NCBI GenBank assembly: GCA_038740375.1
Contig: JAVYLW010000001.1
Span: forward strand, 11,530-75,529
Direction of reading: 5' to 3'
DNA from: Candidatus Pacearchaeota archaeon
Lineage (GTDB): Archaea; Nanobdellota; Nanobdellia; Pacearchaeales; GW2011-AR1
DNA: 64,000 nucleotides
The notes under the pieces were generated by a model. That model worked only from the letters and a program-made list of their open reading frames with translations, was not told the origin of the DNA and ran no database searches. The stretch's first letter is position 1, and each line of letters begins with the position of its first letter. This document shows, piece by piece, positions 30,908 to 41,016 of the stretch. The translations under genes were made by a program, and so were the position numbers.

Positions 30908-31204
30908 ATGAAACAACAAAATGTAAAAAATAATATATCAAAATCCTTAAAATTAGGATTATTAGCAGGTTTAGTTATAACTATATTTTCTTTTTTAATA
31001 AAATTAGTTCCATGTATTAAAAAATCAGGTTTTAATTTTTGCACTTTGCCAAGTCCTTTTAAAAATTTAGAATCTTTAAATGAAAAATACTACGGTATCT
31101 CTAATAATCCTTTATCAGGTTTATTATTACAGTTTATTATACCCTCCATATTAGTTTTTTTTATAATATTTAGTATAGGAAAAAAACTGAGAAGTAATAA
31201 TTAA
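30908..31204 (+). CDS. Small two-TM membrane protein with a Cys pair
   Basis: 98-aa ORF, two hydrophobic helices. Confidence 0.7.
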   Translation: MKQQNVKNNISKSLKLGLLAGLVITIFSFLIKLVPCIKKSGFNFCTLPSPFKNLESLNEKYYGISNNPLSGLLLQFIIPSILVFFIIFSIGKKLRSNN

Positions 31205-31519
31205 TGTCTTAAACATATTCATTAATATAAAATTTATAATATTAATTTAGAGGGTGAAAAAGAGGGTGTATATTCTTTCTGGGGAAAAGAGGTATTTTTA
31301 ATTATAAAATATATTATTAAAAAAAATAAGGTGTTATTTTCAGACCCATCATCAAGGAAATATCTTTTTTGTTTAACCTCGACTCATAAAAATACTTGTT
31401 AGTATAAAAATTAAACTAAAATTTTATTTAAGTAGAGTTTTATAAATGTTGATATAATACAATAATAAGATTTAAAAATTACATAGATTTGATAATTATT
31501 AAAAAAGGTAAAAGAGATT

Positions 31520-31861
31520 ATGAGAAAGAAATTATCTGAAATAGTCTCTGTTGATGAAAATAAAATTGGAAATAAAATTAATTATTTTAATTATAACTAT
31601 AACTTAAAAGAACCAAAAATTACTAAAAATCCTGATACCATACCTGAAGTTCCTATATGGACAAAAAGAATAAGAAATACTTTTGATTATGGATGTCTTA
31701 CAATTCTTATATTATCATTAACAACCTATTGTGGCTATCAGGGTTTAAATACAATTATTAAAATAGCAAAACCTACTGTTAAACCTGCTATAGACGAAAC
31801 TTATAATTTTTTTGTTGATACTTATGATAAAATAAAAGAATCAATTGAAAATTTAATATAA
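31520..31861 (+). CDS. Hypothetical single-TM protein
   Basis: 113-aa ORF. Confidence 0.65.
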   Translation: MRKKLSEIVSVDENKIGNKINYFNYNYNLKEPKITKNPDTIPEVPIWTKRIRNTFDYGCLTILILSLTTYCGYQGLNTIIKIAKPTVKPAIDETYNFFVDTYDKIKESIENLI

Positions 31862-32596
31862 ATTAATATTTCTTTATTTTCTTTATATGCATGTAAAAAA
31901 TAAAAAAATAAGTTAAAAGTTTTAATAAAAAATTAAAACTTTTAGAATAATTAAAAAAATATTTTGTAGTGTTTAATATTATAATCTTAAAAATATTGTA
32001 GTTAGTAAAAATAAAATAAAACAAAAAAACTTAATGTTTATATGTAATAAAATTAAAATTCATTGATAACAAGAATCACAAAAATCATAAAAAATTTATA
32101 TTTTAAATAGGAGTTAATATATTAATAATCTAAAAATAATAATTATTAAATTAAAATATTCTATTAACATTATTCTTTTAAAATAATAAATATGATCTTT
32201 AATTAATAAAAAATTATCAAAATTTAACTTTAATTTCAAAATGAATCTTTTTTTGCAAAACAAATTATTTCTCAATTCTTCTTCTTTATCATATAAAATT
32301 AATTATTTTTAATGGATATAGCTTGAATTAATAAATATATACTCAATTAATAAATTAAAAGTTACTAATGTTTCTAAATTTATCATTATTTTTTTAATCT
32401 AAATAGTCTACTCTAAAAATATAAAATTTTTAGATAAAAAAGTTCTTACAATATATCTTATGCGAACCGATATAATTCAAGAAATCATATCTAAAACTTT
32501 TAATTATTTATTAAAAGTTTTTACATAAATATGTAGTGTTAAAATTATTAAATTTTAGGCTTTTGTAGTATCTAAAAAAATAAATTTTTCTATTTT

Positions 32597-32761
32597 TTAA
32601 ATACTGCCTATCTCTAGGTTTTTATATAAATAATAGGCAAATAAGAAGATTAAATATCCAAAAATTCCTCCAGGCCTTATATTTCCTAAGGGATTTGTAA
32701 GTTTTTCAAATAAACTTTTTAATCTTTCATTATCTTTGGTATTTTCTTTATAATTTTTCAT
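32597..32761 (-). CDS. Small hypothetical membrane protein (54 aa; not in the ORF track)
   Basis: ATG at 32761, MKNYKEN...PGGIFGYLIFLFAYYLY, TAA at 32597-32599. Confidence 0.45.
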   Translation of the reverse strand: MKNYKENTKDNERLKSLFEKLTNPLGNIRPGGIFGYLIFLFAYYLYKNLEIGSI

Positions 32762-32940
32762 TATATATAATAAAAGAATATAATGTTTTTATTTAATCAT
32801 TAAAAAAATAAATTAAGTTATTTTTTTGATCATACTTATTTTAATAAAGAATTCTGAGATTTTTAAAGCTTTTCTTAATGTTAAAATATTTAAGCAAAAA
32901 CAAAAACTTTTACATTTTTAAAAAATTTTATAATTAATAT

Positions 32941-33213
32941 TCATAATCCAAAATTTTTAATAAAATCTTCGATTATCCTATATTCTTGTAAAAATTCATA
33001 ACCTTTTTTAGTTAGAATAAATGTTTTTTTTCCATTATCATCACTTTCTAATTTAATAAAGTCTTTTTTCATTAATTCATCTATATATTCCTTAAACATT
33101 TGAGGACTTAAATTAGAGGCATAAAGCAGTCTAGTAGGTTTTATTCTTCTTCCTTCTCTTATAGAATCTAATATATCTTTTATAACTTCCAGTCTTTCTC
33201 TTTTTCTTACCAT
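32941..33213 (-). CDS. Archaeal winged-helix transcriptional regulator (HTH_45-like)
   Basis: RERLEVIKDIL...PTRLLYASNLS...LTKKG. Confidence 0.85.
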   Translation of the reverse strand: MVRKRERLEVIKDILDSIREGRRIKPTRLLYASNLSPQMFKEYIDELMKKDFIKLESDDNGKKTFILTKKGYEFLQEYRIIEDFIKNFGL

Positions 33214-33219
33214 TTTATT

Positions 33220-33915
33220 TTATATTGTAGATTTTTTAGTTATTCTAATAACTCCATATAAAAATAATAGAAAAACAATTATATTCAATGCGTAGATCTC
33301 AATCAACAAAATCTTACTCCAATTAAAATATAAAGGAGCCATTGAATTTAATATCCAAGTAATAAAAGCTATTATCATAGCTATAAAATAAAATTTTGGG
33401 AACATACTTTTCCCTTTATCTTTTTTAAAATTGTGATAAGTTATAAGAATAAGACATGCAAATAATAATATTTGTGAAAAGAATAAGAAATAATAAACTT
33501 TCCAAATATAATCTAATATTGCAATAGAAAATGCCATAATATAAAATACTAAAGACTTAAAGCTTAATAAAGAACTGAGATTATCCTGAGATGTTTTTAA
33601 TCTTTTCCACAAAAGACTATAAAATAAGAAGAATCCGCCCATTATTAAAAAAAACTCAAATAATATTTTTATTATTGAATTATAATTTGCATCAATGGTT
33701 GAAAAAAATTCAATTCCGCCAAATATATACCTTATTACAAACGCAATTCCATAAAACATAAACGCATTCCTGAAATATCTTATTCCTTCATGTTTGCTAA
33801 AGTGGTAAAGTTTATGTGTTTTCAAAACAATTATTAGGCATATAGTTCCTATTAAGACTCCGTATATTATTTTAAGAATTTCTTTATTATTTATTATCCA
33901 TTCATACCCGTACAT
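33220..33915 (-). CDS. Multi-pass (~7 TM) membrane protein, possible sensor paired with the wHTH regulator
   Basis: 231 aa, about seven hydrophobic helices; 6 bp from the regulator start. Confidence 0.75.
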   Translation of the reverse strand: MYGYEWIINNKEILKIIYGVLIGTICLIIVLKTHKLYHFSKHEGIRYFRNAFMFYGIAFVIRYIFGGIEFFSTIDANYNSIIKILFEFFLIMGGFFLFYSLLWKRLKTSQDNLSSLLSFKSLVFYIMAFSIAILDYIWKVYYFLFFSQILLFACLILITYHNFKKDKGKSMFPKFYFIAMIIAFITWILNSMAPLYFNWSKILLIEIYALNIIVFLLFLYGVIRITKKSTI

Positions 33916-34209
33916 GCCTCTATAATTTTTTTTTCTTATTTAAATATTTATATTTAAGGATATAGATGATTTGTATATATTTTATTTATGGATTTTTATT
34001 TCTTACGCTTTATAAATATGTATATATTTAGGAATATAACATGAAAAGAGTTAAAATATTTTCATTAAAATATTCTTTTTTGATGCAGGAAGCTATTTTC
34101 TTTTGCCCTAGCGGGCAATCTCATACTCTTTCTAAAAATTTTAAAAAGATACCCTCTTTTTTCTTACACCATCTAAAATAAGTTATGTCTAAAACTTTTT
34201 TATGTTTAA

Positions 34210-34240
34210 CCAAAAATCCTGAAAAAATCAGGATTTTTGG
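34210..34240. repeat. Perfect 13-bp inverted repeat CCAAAAATCCTGA-AAAAA-TCAGGATTTTTGG
   Basis: Direct reading. Confidence 0.85.
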
Positions 34241-34315
34241 GAATATTTTTCCTATTTAAAACGTTTTATAAAAGAATATATTAATTAAGTCTGCGTAATA
34301 AATAAATTAAGAAAA

Positions 34316-34361
34316 GTTTAAACAACCAACGTTTAAACATTAAACAAACATTGTTTAAACA
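34316..34361. repeat. Cluster of three GTTTAAACA palindromes
   Basis: 34316-34324, 34331-34339, 34352-34361. Confidence 0.8.
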
Positions 34362-34550
34362 ATAAAATTAATTTAAAATTTTTGTATCAATTTTATAAAT
34401 TTATATTAATATTTCTTAATTCTTTTTTATTTTTTTAAAATCTCTAGCAAGAAATCTTGGCCATTATTTTTAAAGGAAATATGAATTGATTATAATTAAA
34501 AATTCTTGCTAAAATATTTATTTCTCACTCTTTATAAGAACATTCTATTT

Positions 34551-35201
34551 TTAATATGCTATTAAGTCTACTCTCATCTTTTCAAATCTTATAAACTTAG
34601 GATTAACAGAATTGTTAACATGAGCAGAAAGTTCTCTTTTTTCACTTAAATCATAAACTTTGAATATGATTTTATCACCTATATTAGCACCATCTTTTTC
34701 AAAAGTTGTAGGGTCATTTTCATAAACACGTAAGAATCCATATTTTCCAGTTTCTTTTACTATAAATATTCCAAGAAAAGTTTCATTAACATCAAAAGCA
34801 GCTATTTTATCTCCTATTTCAGCAGGTTTACCGTTAATTTTTATTTCTCCATAAAAATTCATCCAAGAATGAGTAGGATCTTTAGATTTATAACTTATCC
34901 ATTTAGGTAATTCTTTTATTTCATTCTTGGATTGTCGTATTTCTTCATTCATATCATAAATATCGTAATCGTAATCTAAAATTTCTTTTTCTTTAATATT
35001 CTGAGCACCTACTATTAATTTATTAACGTTTTCGTTATTATTCAAATTTTCATTTCTTTCAAAATCCTTATTTTCTAGTTCATTTTTACTTAATAATAAC
35101 TCTTTTTTTAATGAATATTTAATAAATAATATAGCTGCAATTAAATTAAAAATTAGAATAAAAGTTATTAGTAATATAATTATATTTTTTTTTGATATCA
35201 T
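34551..35201 (-). CDS. Membrane-anchored protein with C-terminal transthyretin/carboxypeptidase-regulatory-like beta domain
   Basis: N-terminal TM; FYGEIKINGKPAEIGDKI..GKYG..DGANIGDKIIF motif. Confidence 0.7.
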   Translation of the reverse strand: MISKKNIIILLITFILIFNLIAAILFIKYSLKKELLLSKNELENKDFERNENLNNNENVNKLIVGAQNIKEKEILDYDYDIYDMNEEIRQSKNEIKELPKWISYKSKDPTHSWMNFYGEIKINGKPAEIGDKIAAFDVNETFLGIFIVKETGKYGFLRVYENDPTTFEKDGANIGDKIIFKVYDLSEKRELSAHVNNSVNPKFIRFEKMRVDLIAY

Positions 35202-35202
35202 T

Positions 35203-38200
35203 TTAACAATTAAATTTAATTTTACTTTGTTTTTTCATTTTTATTATATATCCAAAATTAGGCTTTAAGACTTTTAAATCAGAATATTCAATAAGACTTG
35301 GATCATAAGTTTTAACACCATCATCAATCGTTTCAATACTTTCAATATTTTCTTTTATATTACCAAAAACTTCTTCTATATTTTTTTCATTTTTACAAGG
35401 ATAACTAATAAAATTAATACCTTCTTCAAGAAATATTTCTCTATTTTCTAGTAAAAATCCAGAAATTTCAAATTCGCTTTTTTGATCTGTTTTAATAAGA
35501 TATGCTTTTGGAGGTTCAATCAAAAGAATTTCTTTAAAATCATTTATTTTTGGAAAAAAACTCCAATAGTTTTTTTCCATATAACCTACAAAAACTTTAT
35601 TTATGAAAAAGTCTAAAAAATTTTGAATACTATTATTCTTGAGCAAAATAGGTATTGATATTAAATTCCACCCCTTATTTAGAGAAATTTTTATAGTATC
35701 GTTAATTTCAGTATAAATACAATCTTGCGGACAATTAATTTCATTTTCATCATTTTCACAAACATTGTTAGAATTACATGTTTCATAAACGGGAATTTCT
35801 ATATTTTCAATGATTGCAAATTCTTCTTCTAAAATATTGTTTTCAGAAAAATTAAACAATAACTTATAGTTTCCAGTTTCATTACTCGAAAATTCATAAG
35901 GTAACTCAATTTTTTTATAACTTAAATCAGGTTTTATTATATAGATTTCAGGATTTATTTTTTCATTAGAAATATAATTTAAATAAATTTTTTCTGAAGG
36001 AGAAAAAATTCTAGATTCATTTTCACAATTTAAATCCTCACAAATTTTTATTTCAATGTCTAAATCTTTTAAAGTTTTCTCTACATTAAACTCAATCTTT
36101 TTTTCATCAACAATTTTATCTTCATAAATAATTCTAAAAACTCCAAAATATTTTTCAGAAGGAATATTCTTACCAACTTCCATAACAATGTTTATCTCTT
36201 TTTCTTCTAAAGGTTCAAGGTTAATAATTTCAGAATTTATCTCAGAAATATAACCAGATTCAGAGAATATTTCATATTCTATGCCTATATTATTTTTTTT
36301 ATCTTCATTGTTTTTTAAAATAACTTTTATGACTACGTCTTCATTTGGATAATAGACTTCTTTCTTACTTTGAATCAAATTTATCGAAATATTACTTTTT
36401 TTATTTTCTTCATAACCTTCATAATACTCTTCTTTGTATAAAGGATAATCATTAAAATCAATTCCATTCCAATCAACTTTTTTTAAATTAAGCTTTAAAG
36501 TAGGATCTCCAATCATTAAATAATCTCTTTTATAATTACTAAACTCTTTAATCAATTCTTTATTCATTTCTCCAAGAGTTATATTTGAACTAGTTAATTT
36601 TTTTAAAGAAATAGCTTCAGAATTATCAGAGTAAGATATTCCTACAGCTCCTATATAAGCTATTGCACCTTTTCTAATCATATTTACCCCCATTGTTTTT
36701 TCAAAACCTTCCCAAAAATTATTAGTAGAACAAGCATGAGAAAAAACATAGCTTAAATGAAGTTCAGGAACTTCTTTGTATTTTATTGTTTCATACCATC
36801 CGCTTGGATAACCATGATCTCCAAATATAATAAACTGTTTTTTAGAATAGTCGCTTAATGGAACTTTTGCAGAATTTACGCATCCTTCTTTCAAAATTCC
36901 AGTGTAACATTTAATATCATATAAAGAACTTTTTGTAGCATCATATATTTTTTTTACATTTTCAGAATATCTCTTAAACGAATGACCTATAGCAAGTCCA
37001 GAAGAATAATCTTTATACAAATTATCTGAAATTTTATCATAAAAAAGATCTCTTGAAATATAAGAACTAACATCGCTTATAGATATTCCATAAATTCTTC
37101 CAAAATTAATTGTTCTATTATTTATAGTGGCATACTTGAAATCTAAAGAATCTCTAAACTGACCTCCTGTTTCATGACATTTTCTAAATAAAGAATCAGG
37201 TATTGAATTAGGACTAGCAAATATCGTAATATATTCGGCATTTATTCCTAATTCATTTATTTGTTTTTCTATTAAATTATCCGCCTTATAGAAATTATCT
37301 ATACTATCCTGATTTAAAGAACATTTTGAATCTTCAATTGATTCGTTTATTTTGGTAAATATAATTATTTCTTTTTTCGCACTAGCTAAAAAAATACTTG
37401 CAATTGAATTTTTACTATAAACATATTTTATTTTTGAACTTTTTTTTGTAGAAAAATCTTTATTTAATTTAAATTCAATATCATTAGGATTAACAACAAT
37501 TATTTTATCAGTGTTTGTTTGTTTAATATACTCTTTTTGAAGATCAAAAGTAGTATAAATATTTACTTTTTTTGCAATTTTTTTAATATTTTCAATTTTT
37601 TCTTTTGAAATATTTCCAACAATAAAGACGTCTTTGTCCTTTAATATTCCATAATCTAATTCGTTTTCAAATATTAGAGGAGAATTTTTGTAAGATGCAA
37701 ATAATGAGCTTATTAAACCAGTTTCGTAATTTTCTTCTGATAATACAACAGAATTAAAATTTTCCCAATAAGAAAAATAATCATTAATACTAATTTTTTT
37801 TATTTGTTCATCAGATAGTTCAGCCCCTAGGTTTTTTTTAGAAATTAGAAGTTTATCTAATTTTTTTGGAGTTTCTCCAAAAATAGTTACACGTGTAGGA
37901 GAATAATCTTGAATAAACTGTATTATAGAATCTGCATCAAATTTGTTACTTTCCTTATGATAAATTAAAGTTGGAAATTTTTTTATTTCATATTCCTCGG
38001 TATTTCTATTATATTGGTTCCAAATTGAAATGGGAACTATTTTTAAAACAGTTTTCCAATCCTCATCTGAAACTAAAAAAATTTCTCTTTCAGAATATCT
38101 ATCTTTGTTTTTTTCAAATATTTGAAAATAAGTTTGACATTTTTTTTCTTTATTACAAAAGTTAGATTCACAATCAGAATCAAATAAACAATTTTTATTA

Positions 38201-38643
38201 TTTGGACATTTTGGACATTTTTCTCCACCACAATCAATATCGCTTTCTCCATCATCTAACAAACCATTCTCACATTTATTAGGTATAGTTGAAAAATATC
38301 CTTTGACAAAATCTTTTAAATTTTCATCATAAACTGAAATATAATAATTTCCAAATAAATATTTATCAACATAAAAAATAGCCGTTCTAGGTTCTGAACA
38401 TTTAAAATTAGAGCAATTTTCAAATATTATCAAATTTCCTATTCTTTCTCCTGTTTTAGCATTAAATATTGCTCCTACAGAGTCCATTGGTTTTCCATTA
38501 GGTATTATTGTAACTTTAGCAAAACTTCCTCTTTCAACAGGATTAGGGCTAATAATAACTTGACCAATTGCATAAGTAATAGGAATTGATATAATTGTTA
38601 GAATTAATCCAAATATCAAATATAAAAAGATTCTAAATGTCAT
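35203..38643 (-). CDS. Large secreted protein with Cys-rich module and gingipain-like (peptidase C25) domain
   Basis: Signal peptide; CENGLLDDGESDIDCGG; GRIYG, GDHG, HACST, GAIAYIGA, IGDP motifs; LNKGWNLIS C-terminal module. Confidence 0.7.
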   Translation of the reverse strand: MTFRIFLYLIFGLILTIISIPITYAIGQVIISPNPVERGSFAKVTIIPNGKPMDSVGAIFNAKTGERIGNLIIFENCSNFKCSEPRTAIFYVDKYLFGNYYISVYDENLKDFVKGYFSTIPNKCENGLLDDGESDIDCGGEKCPKCPNNKNCLFDSDCESNFCNKEKKCQTYFQIFEKNKDRYSEREIFLVSDEDWKTVLKIVPISIWNQYNRNTEEYEIKKFPTLIYHKESNKFDADSIIQFIQDYSPTRVTIFGETPKKLDKLLISKKNLGAELSDEQIKKISINDYFSYWENFNSVVLSEENYETGLISSLFASYKNSPLIFENELDYGILKDKDVFIVGNISKEKIENIKKIAKKVNIYTTFDLQKEYIKQTNTDKIIVVNPNDIEFKLNKDFSTKKSSKIKYVYSKNSIASIFLASAKKEIIIFTKINESIEDSKCSLNQDSIDNFYKADNLIEKQINELGINAEYITIFASPNSIPDSLFRKCHETGGQFRDSLDFKYATINNRTINFGRIYGISISDVSSYISRDLFYDKISDNLYKDYSSGLAIGHSFKRYSENVKKIYDATKSSLYDIKCYTGILKEGCVNSAKVPLSDYSKKQFIIFGDHGYPSGWYETIKYKEVPELHLSYVFSHACSTNNFWEGFEKTMGVNMIRKGAIAYIGAVGISYSDNSEAISLKKLTSSNITLGEMNKELIKEFSNYKRDYLMIGDPTLKLNLKKVDWNGIDFNDYPLYKEEYYEGYEENKKSNISINLIQSKKEVYYPNEDVVIKVILKNNEDKKNNIGIEYEIFSESGYISEINSEIINLEPLEEKEINIVMEVGKNIPSEKYFGVFRIIYEDKIVDEKKIEFNVEKTLKDLDIEIKICEDLNCENESRIFSPSEKIYLNYISNEKINPEIYIIKPDLSYKKIELPYEFSSNETGNYKLLFNFSENNILEEEFAIIENIEIPVYETCNSNNVCENDENEINCPQDCIYTEINDTIKISLNKGWNLISIPILLKNNSIQNFLDFFINKVFVGYMEKNYWSFFPKINDFKEILLIEPPKAYLIKTDQKSEFEISGFLLENREIFLEEGINFISYPCKNEKNIEEVFGNIKENIESIETIDDGVKTYDPSLIEYSDLKVLKPNFGYIIKMKKQSKIKFNC

Positions 38644-38880
38644 TTTGATAAATCTATCTTTTTAAAATCGTTTAAAACATTTTCTTATAAAATGTTTAAC
38701 TATATAGTAGTAAAAATATAACATAAAAATAATATTAAATTTGCAAAAATATAACTTATAAAAATAACTTAATTTTTTAGTTAAGAATTTACTATATTAT
38801 TTATACCTTTTTACCCATTTTAATGTTATCGCTTATAAAGACAATAGCTTTTTTCACTCATATATAAAAATTGAATGCAA

Positions 38881-40005
38881 TTATAAATTTATGTTTTTAT
38901 AAGTTCTATCAAGTCTTTTAAGCAGGTAAACTTTATCTTTTTTACCTAACTTTGCATCTTTTATTGTAGATTTTAAAAAATCAATACTTTCATTGTATCT
39001 TTTTTGATCAACAGGCTCAGGCCATCCATCTTTTCCTCCATGAGTAAATGCGAATTTTACAGGATCTTTCCAGGAAATAGTAGTTCCATAAACTAAATGC
39101 GATATCATTGCAAGTGCCCGAAGATTTTTTGCTCCCATACCTTTTATTAACACAAGTTCTTCATAACTTTGAGGTTGTTTTTCATAAGCTTCAATCATTG
39201 TTTTAAGATTAAAATCTATTTTCGGAAAATGCTCGTTAGACATTTTAAAACTTTTTAATTTTTCAAAATTTGTTAGTGTTGTTTGATATTTAAGATTCTT
39301 AACTTTAAAGTATTTTTTCAAATAATTAGGATTTTCTTTAACTATATTCAAAGAGGTTTCTCTGGTATTTTCTACTTCTTTTGCAGTTAAATTAAATGTT
39401 TTAACAATTTTATTACACACAATTGCTTTATGAGGCTCATTAACAAAACTAGACAAATTTTCAGATATCCAATGATATCTACGTGCTAATTTTAAATCTT
39501 CTGACATTCCTTGTTGAATTATTGCCCAATTTCTTTTTGTAAAAAAGAAGCTGTGATGATAGAGCTGAAAACCGTCTTGTACAAGATTATTATCTACTTT
39601 TGCAGAAAGTCTTGAACAATAAATAAGATTTTGTTTTATTATTTCATTTAATGACATTTTATCTCCTATGTCTATTATCTCCTGAGGAGTTTTTTTGGAA
39701 GTTTTACCTTTGCCTCCTGCAAAACCTATTTCAAGTGATAGTCCTAAATCATTTTCCTTTAACGCTTCTTTAAGTGCTGCACATGTTGTTGTAGTAAGTC
39801 CTGAAGAGTGCCAATCAAATCCTAATGCAGAACCAAATGCTTGAAACCAGTAAGGATCACTAATTCTTCTTAAAAATTCATTTTGTCCATATTCATCTAC
39901 AATGAGCTCAACTATTCTTCCAGATAATTTTTTCATTAAGGAGAAAAGCCACGATGGACAATTTCCTCCGTGTAATGGCAAATCAACAATACCTATATTT
40001 TTCAT
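38881..40005 (-). CDS. DUF763 family protein
   Basis: LPLHGG, DPYWFQ, DWHSSGLTT, QDGFQLYHH, RRYHW, HGGKDG motifs. Confidence 0.9.
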   Translation of the reverse strand: MKNIGIVDLPLHGGNCPSWLFSLMKKLSGRIVELIVDEYGQNEFLRRISDPYWFQAFGSALGFDWHSSGLTTTTCAALKEALKENDLGLSLEIGFAGGKGKTSKKTPQEIIDIGDKMSLNEIIKQNLIYCSRLSAKVDNNLVQDGFQLYHHSFFFTKRNWAIIQQGMSEDLKLARRYHWISENLSSFVNEPHKAIVCNKIVKTFNLTAKEVENTRETSLNIVKENPNYLKKYFKVKNLKYQTTLTNFEKLKSFKMSNEHFPKIDFNLKTMIEAYEKQPQSYEELVLIKGMGAKNLRALAMISHLVYGTTISWKDPVKFAFTHGGKDGWPEPVDQKRYNESIDFLKSTIKDAKLGKKDKVYLLKRLDRTYKNINL

Positions 40006-40212
40006 AAATGTTAATTAGATATCAATTAGTATTTAGATCTTTTTATTGAAAATAAAAAAATTAAAATAACAATTCATTAAATAATATAATTAATAGAAAT
40101 TCTAAATTTTGACGAATGATAACCTTAGGATAGTCAATTTAAGAATTATAAATAAACTATTATAAATCATTAAAACATAGTAAGAATAAGAACTTTTATT
40201 TTTAAAGAAAAA

Positions 40213-40341
40213 TTATTTACTTTTGTTATTTTCTTCTTTTTTACTTTCACATATAGGACACTTCATTATATAATCTCCATTTTCTTTTTCAATTTTCATA
40301 AAGCTATGACAATTATCACAAAGATGACTTGGAATACTCAT
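40213..40341 (-). CDS. Small Zn-ribbon protein (42 aa; not in the ORF track)
   Basis: MSIPSHLCDNC...KCPIC; GTGA RBS-like motif upstream. Confidence 0.6.
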   Translation of the reverse strand: MSIPSHLCDNCHSFMKIEKENGDYIMKCPICESKKEENNKSK

Positions 40342-40531
40342 TTTTATCACTCATTTATTATATGAAGGTAAAATTATTTTATACTTTTTACTAGAGCAAT
40401 TCATTAAAACAAATAAAATATATAAATTTTAGCAAAAAGATAAATAGAAACGTTTTTATACAAACTTTTTTTATTTAAAAAAGAAAATCCCCTTATTTTG
40501 GGATATTTTTTTAGAATGGAGGACAGAAATA

Positions 40532-40855
40532 ATGGAAGAAGATAAAGAAAAAATTTCTAAATCTTCTTTAGAAAAACTGATGTTTAAAGCAGTTTGTTCT
40601 GAATGTGGAGCTGAATGCGAAGTTCCTTTTCAGCCAACTAAAGGAAAATCTGTGAAATGTAATGACTGCTTTAAAAAAGTAAAATCTAAAAGATTTAACA
40701 ACAGGTTTTTGAAAAGAAGAAATTTTAGAAATAGTAGACATAGAATTATGCATAAAGCAGTTTGTTCTGAATGTGGAGCTGAATGCGAAGTTCCATTTAT
40801 ACCAAAAGAAGGCAAACCTGTTAAATGCAACAATTGTTTTAAGAAAGCTAAATAA
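40532..40855 (+). CDS. Tandem CxxC-x17-CxxC domain protein
   Basis: Two AVCSECGAECEVPF..P..GK.VKC..CF units; GGAGG RBS. Confidence 0.9.
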   Translation: MEEDKEKISKSSLEKLMFKAVCSECGAECEVPFQPTKGKSVKCNDCFKKVKSKRFNNRFLKRRNFRNSRHRIMHKAVCSECGAECEVPFIPKEGKPVKCNNCFKKAK

Positions 40856-41016
40856 ATTTTAGTTTTTTAAAGGAATTATTCTATTTATTTTTAATTAATA
40901 TAATAAATTTAGTTATATCTTTATTTATTATCCTTTACCTTTAAGGTAATAATTATTTTTCAAAATTTTAATATTTTTTTATAAAGATTTATAAATAAGT
41001 TCGCACATTTAAGGTA

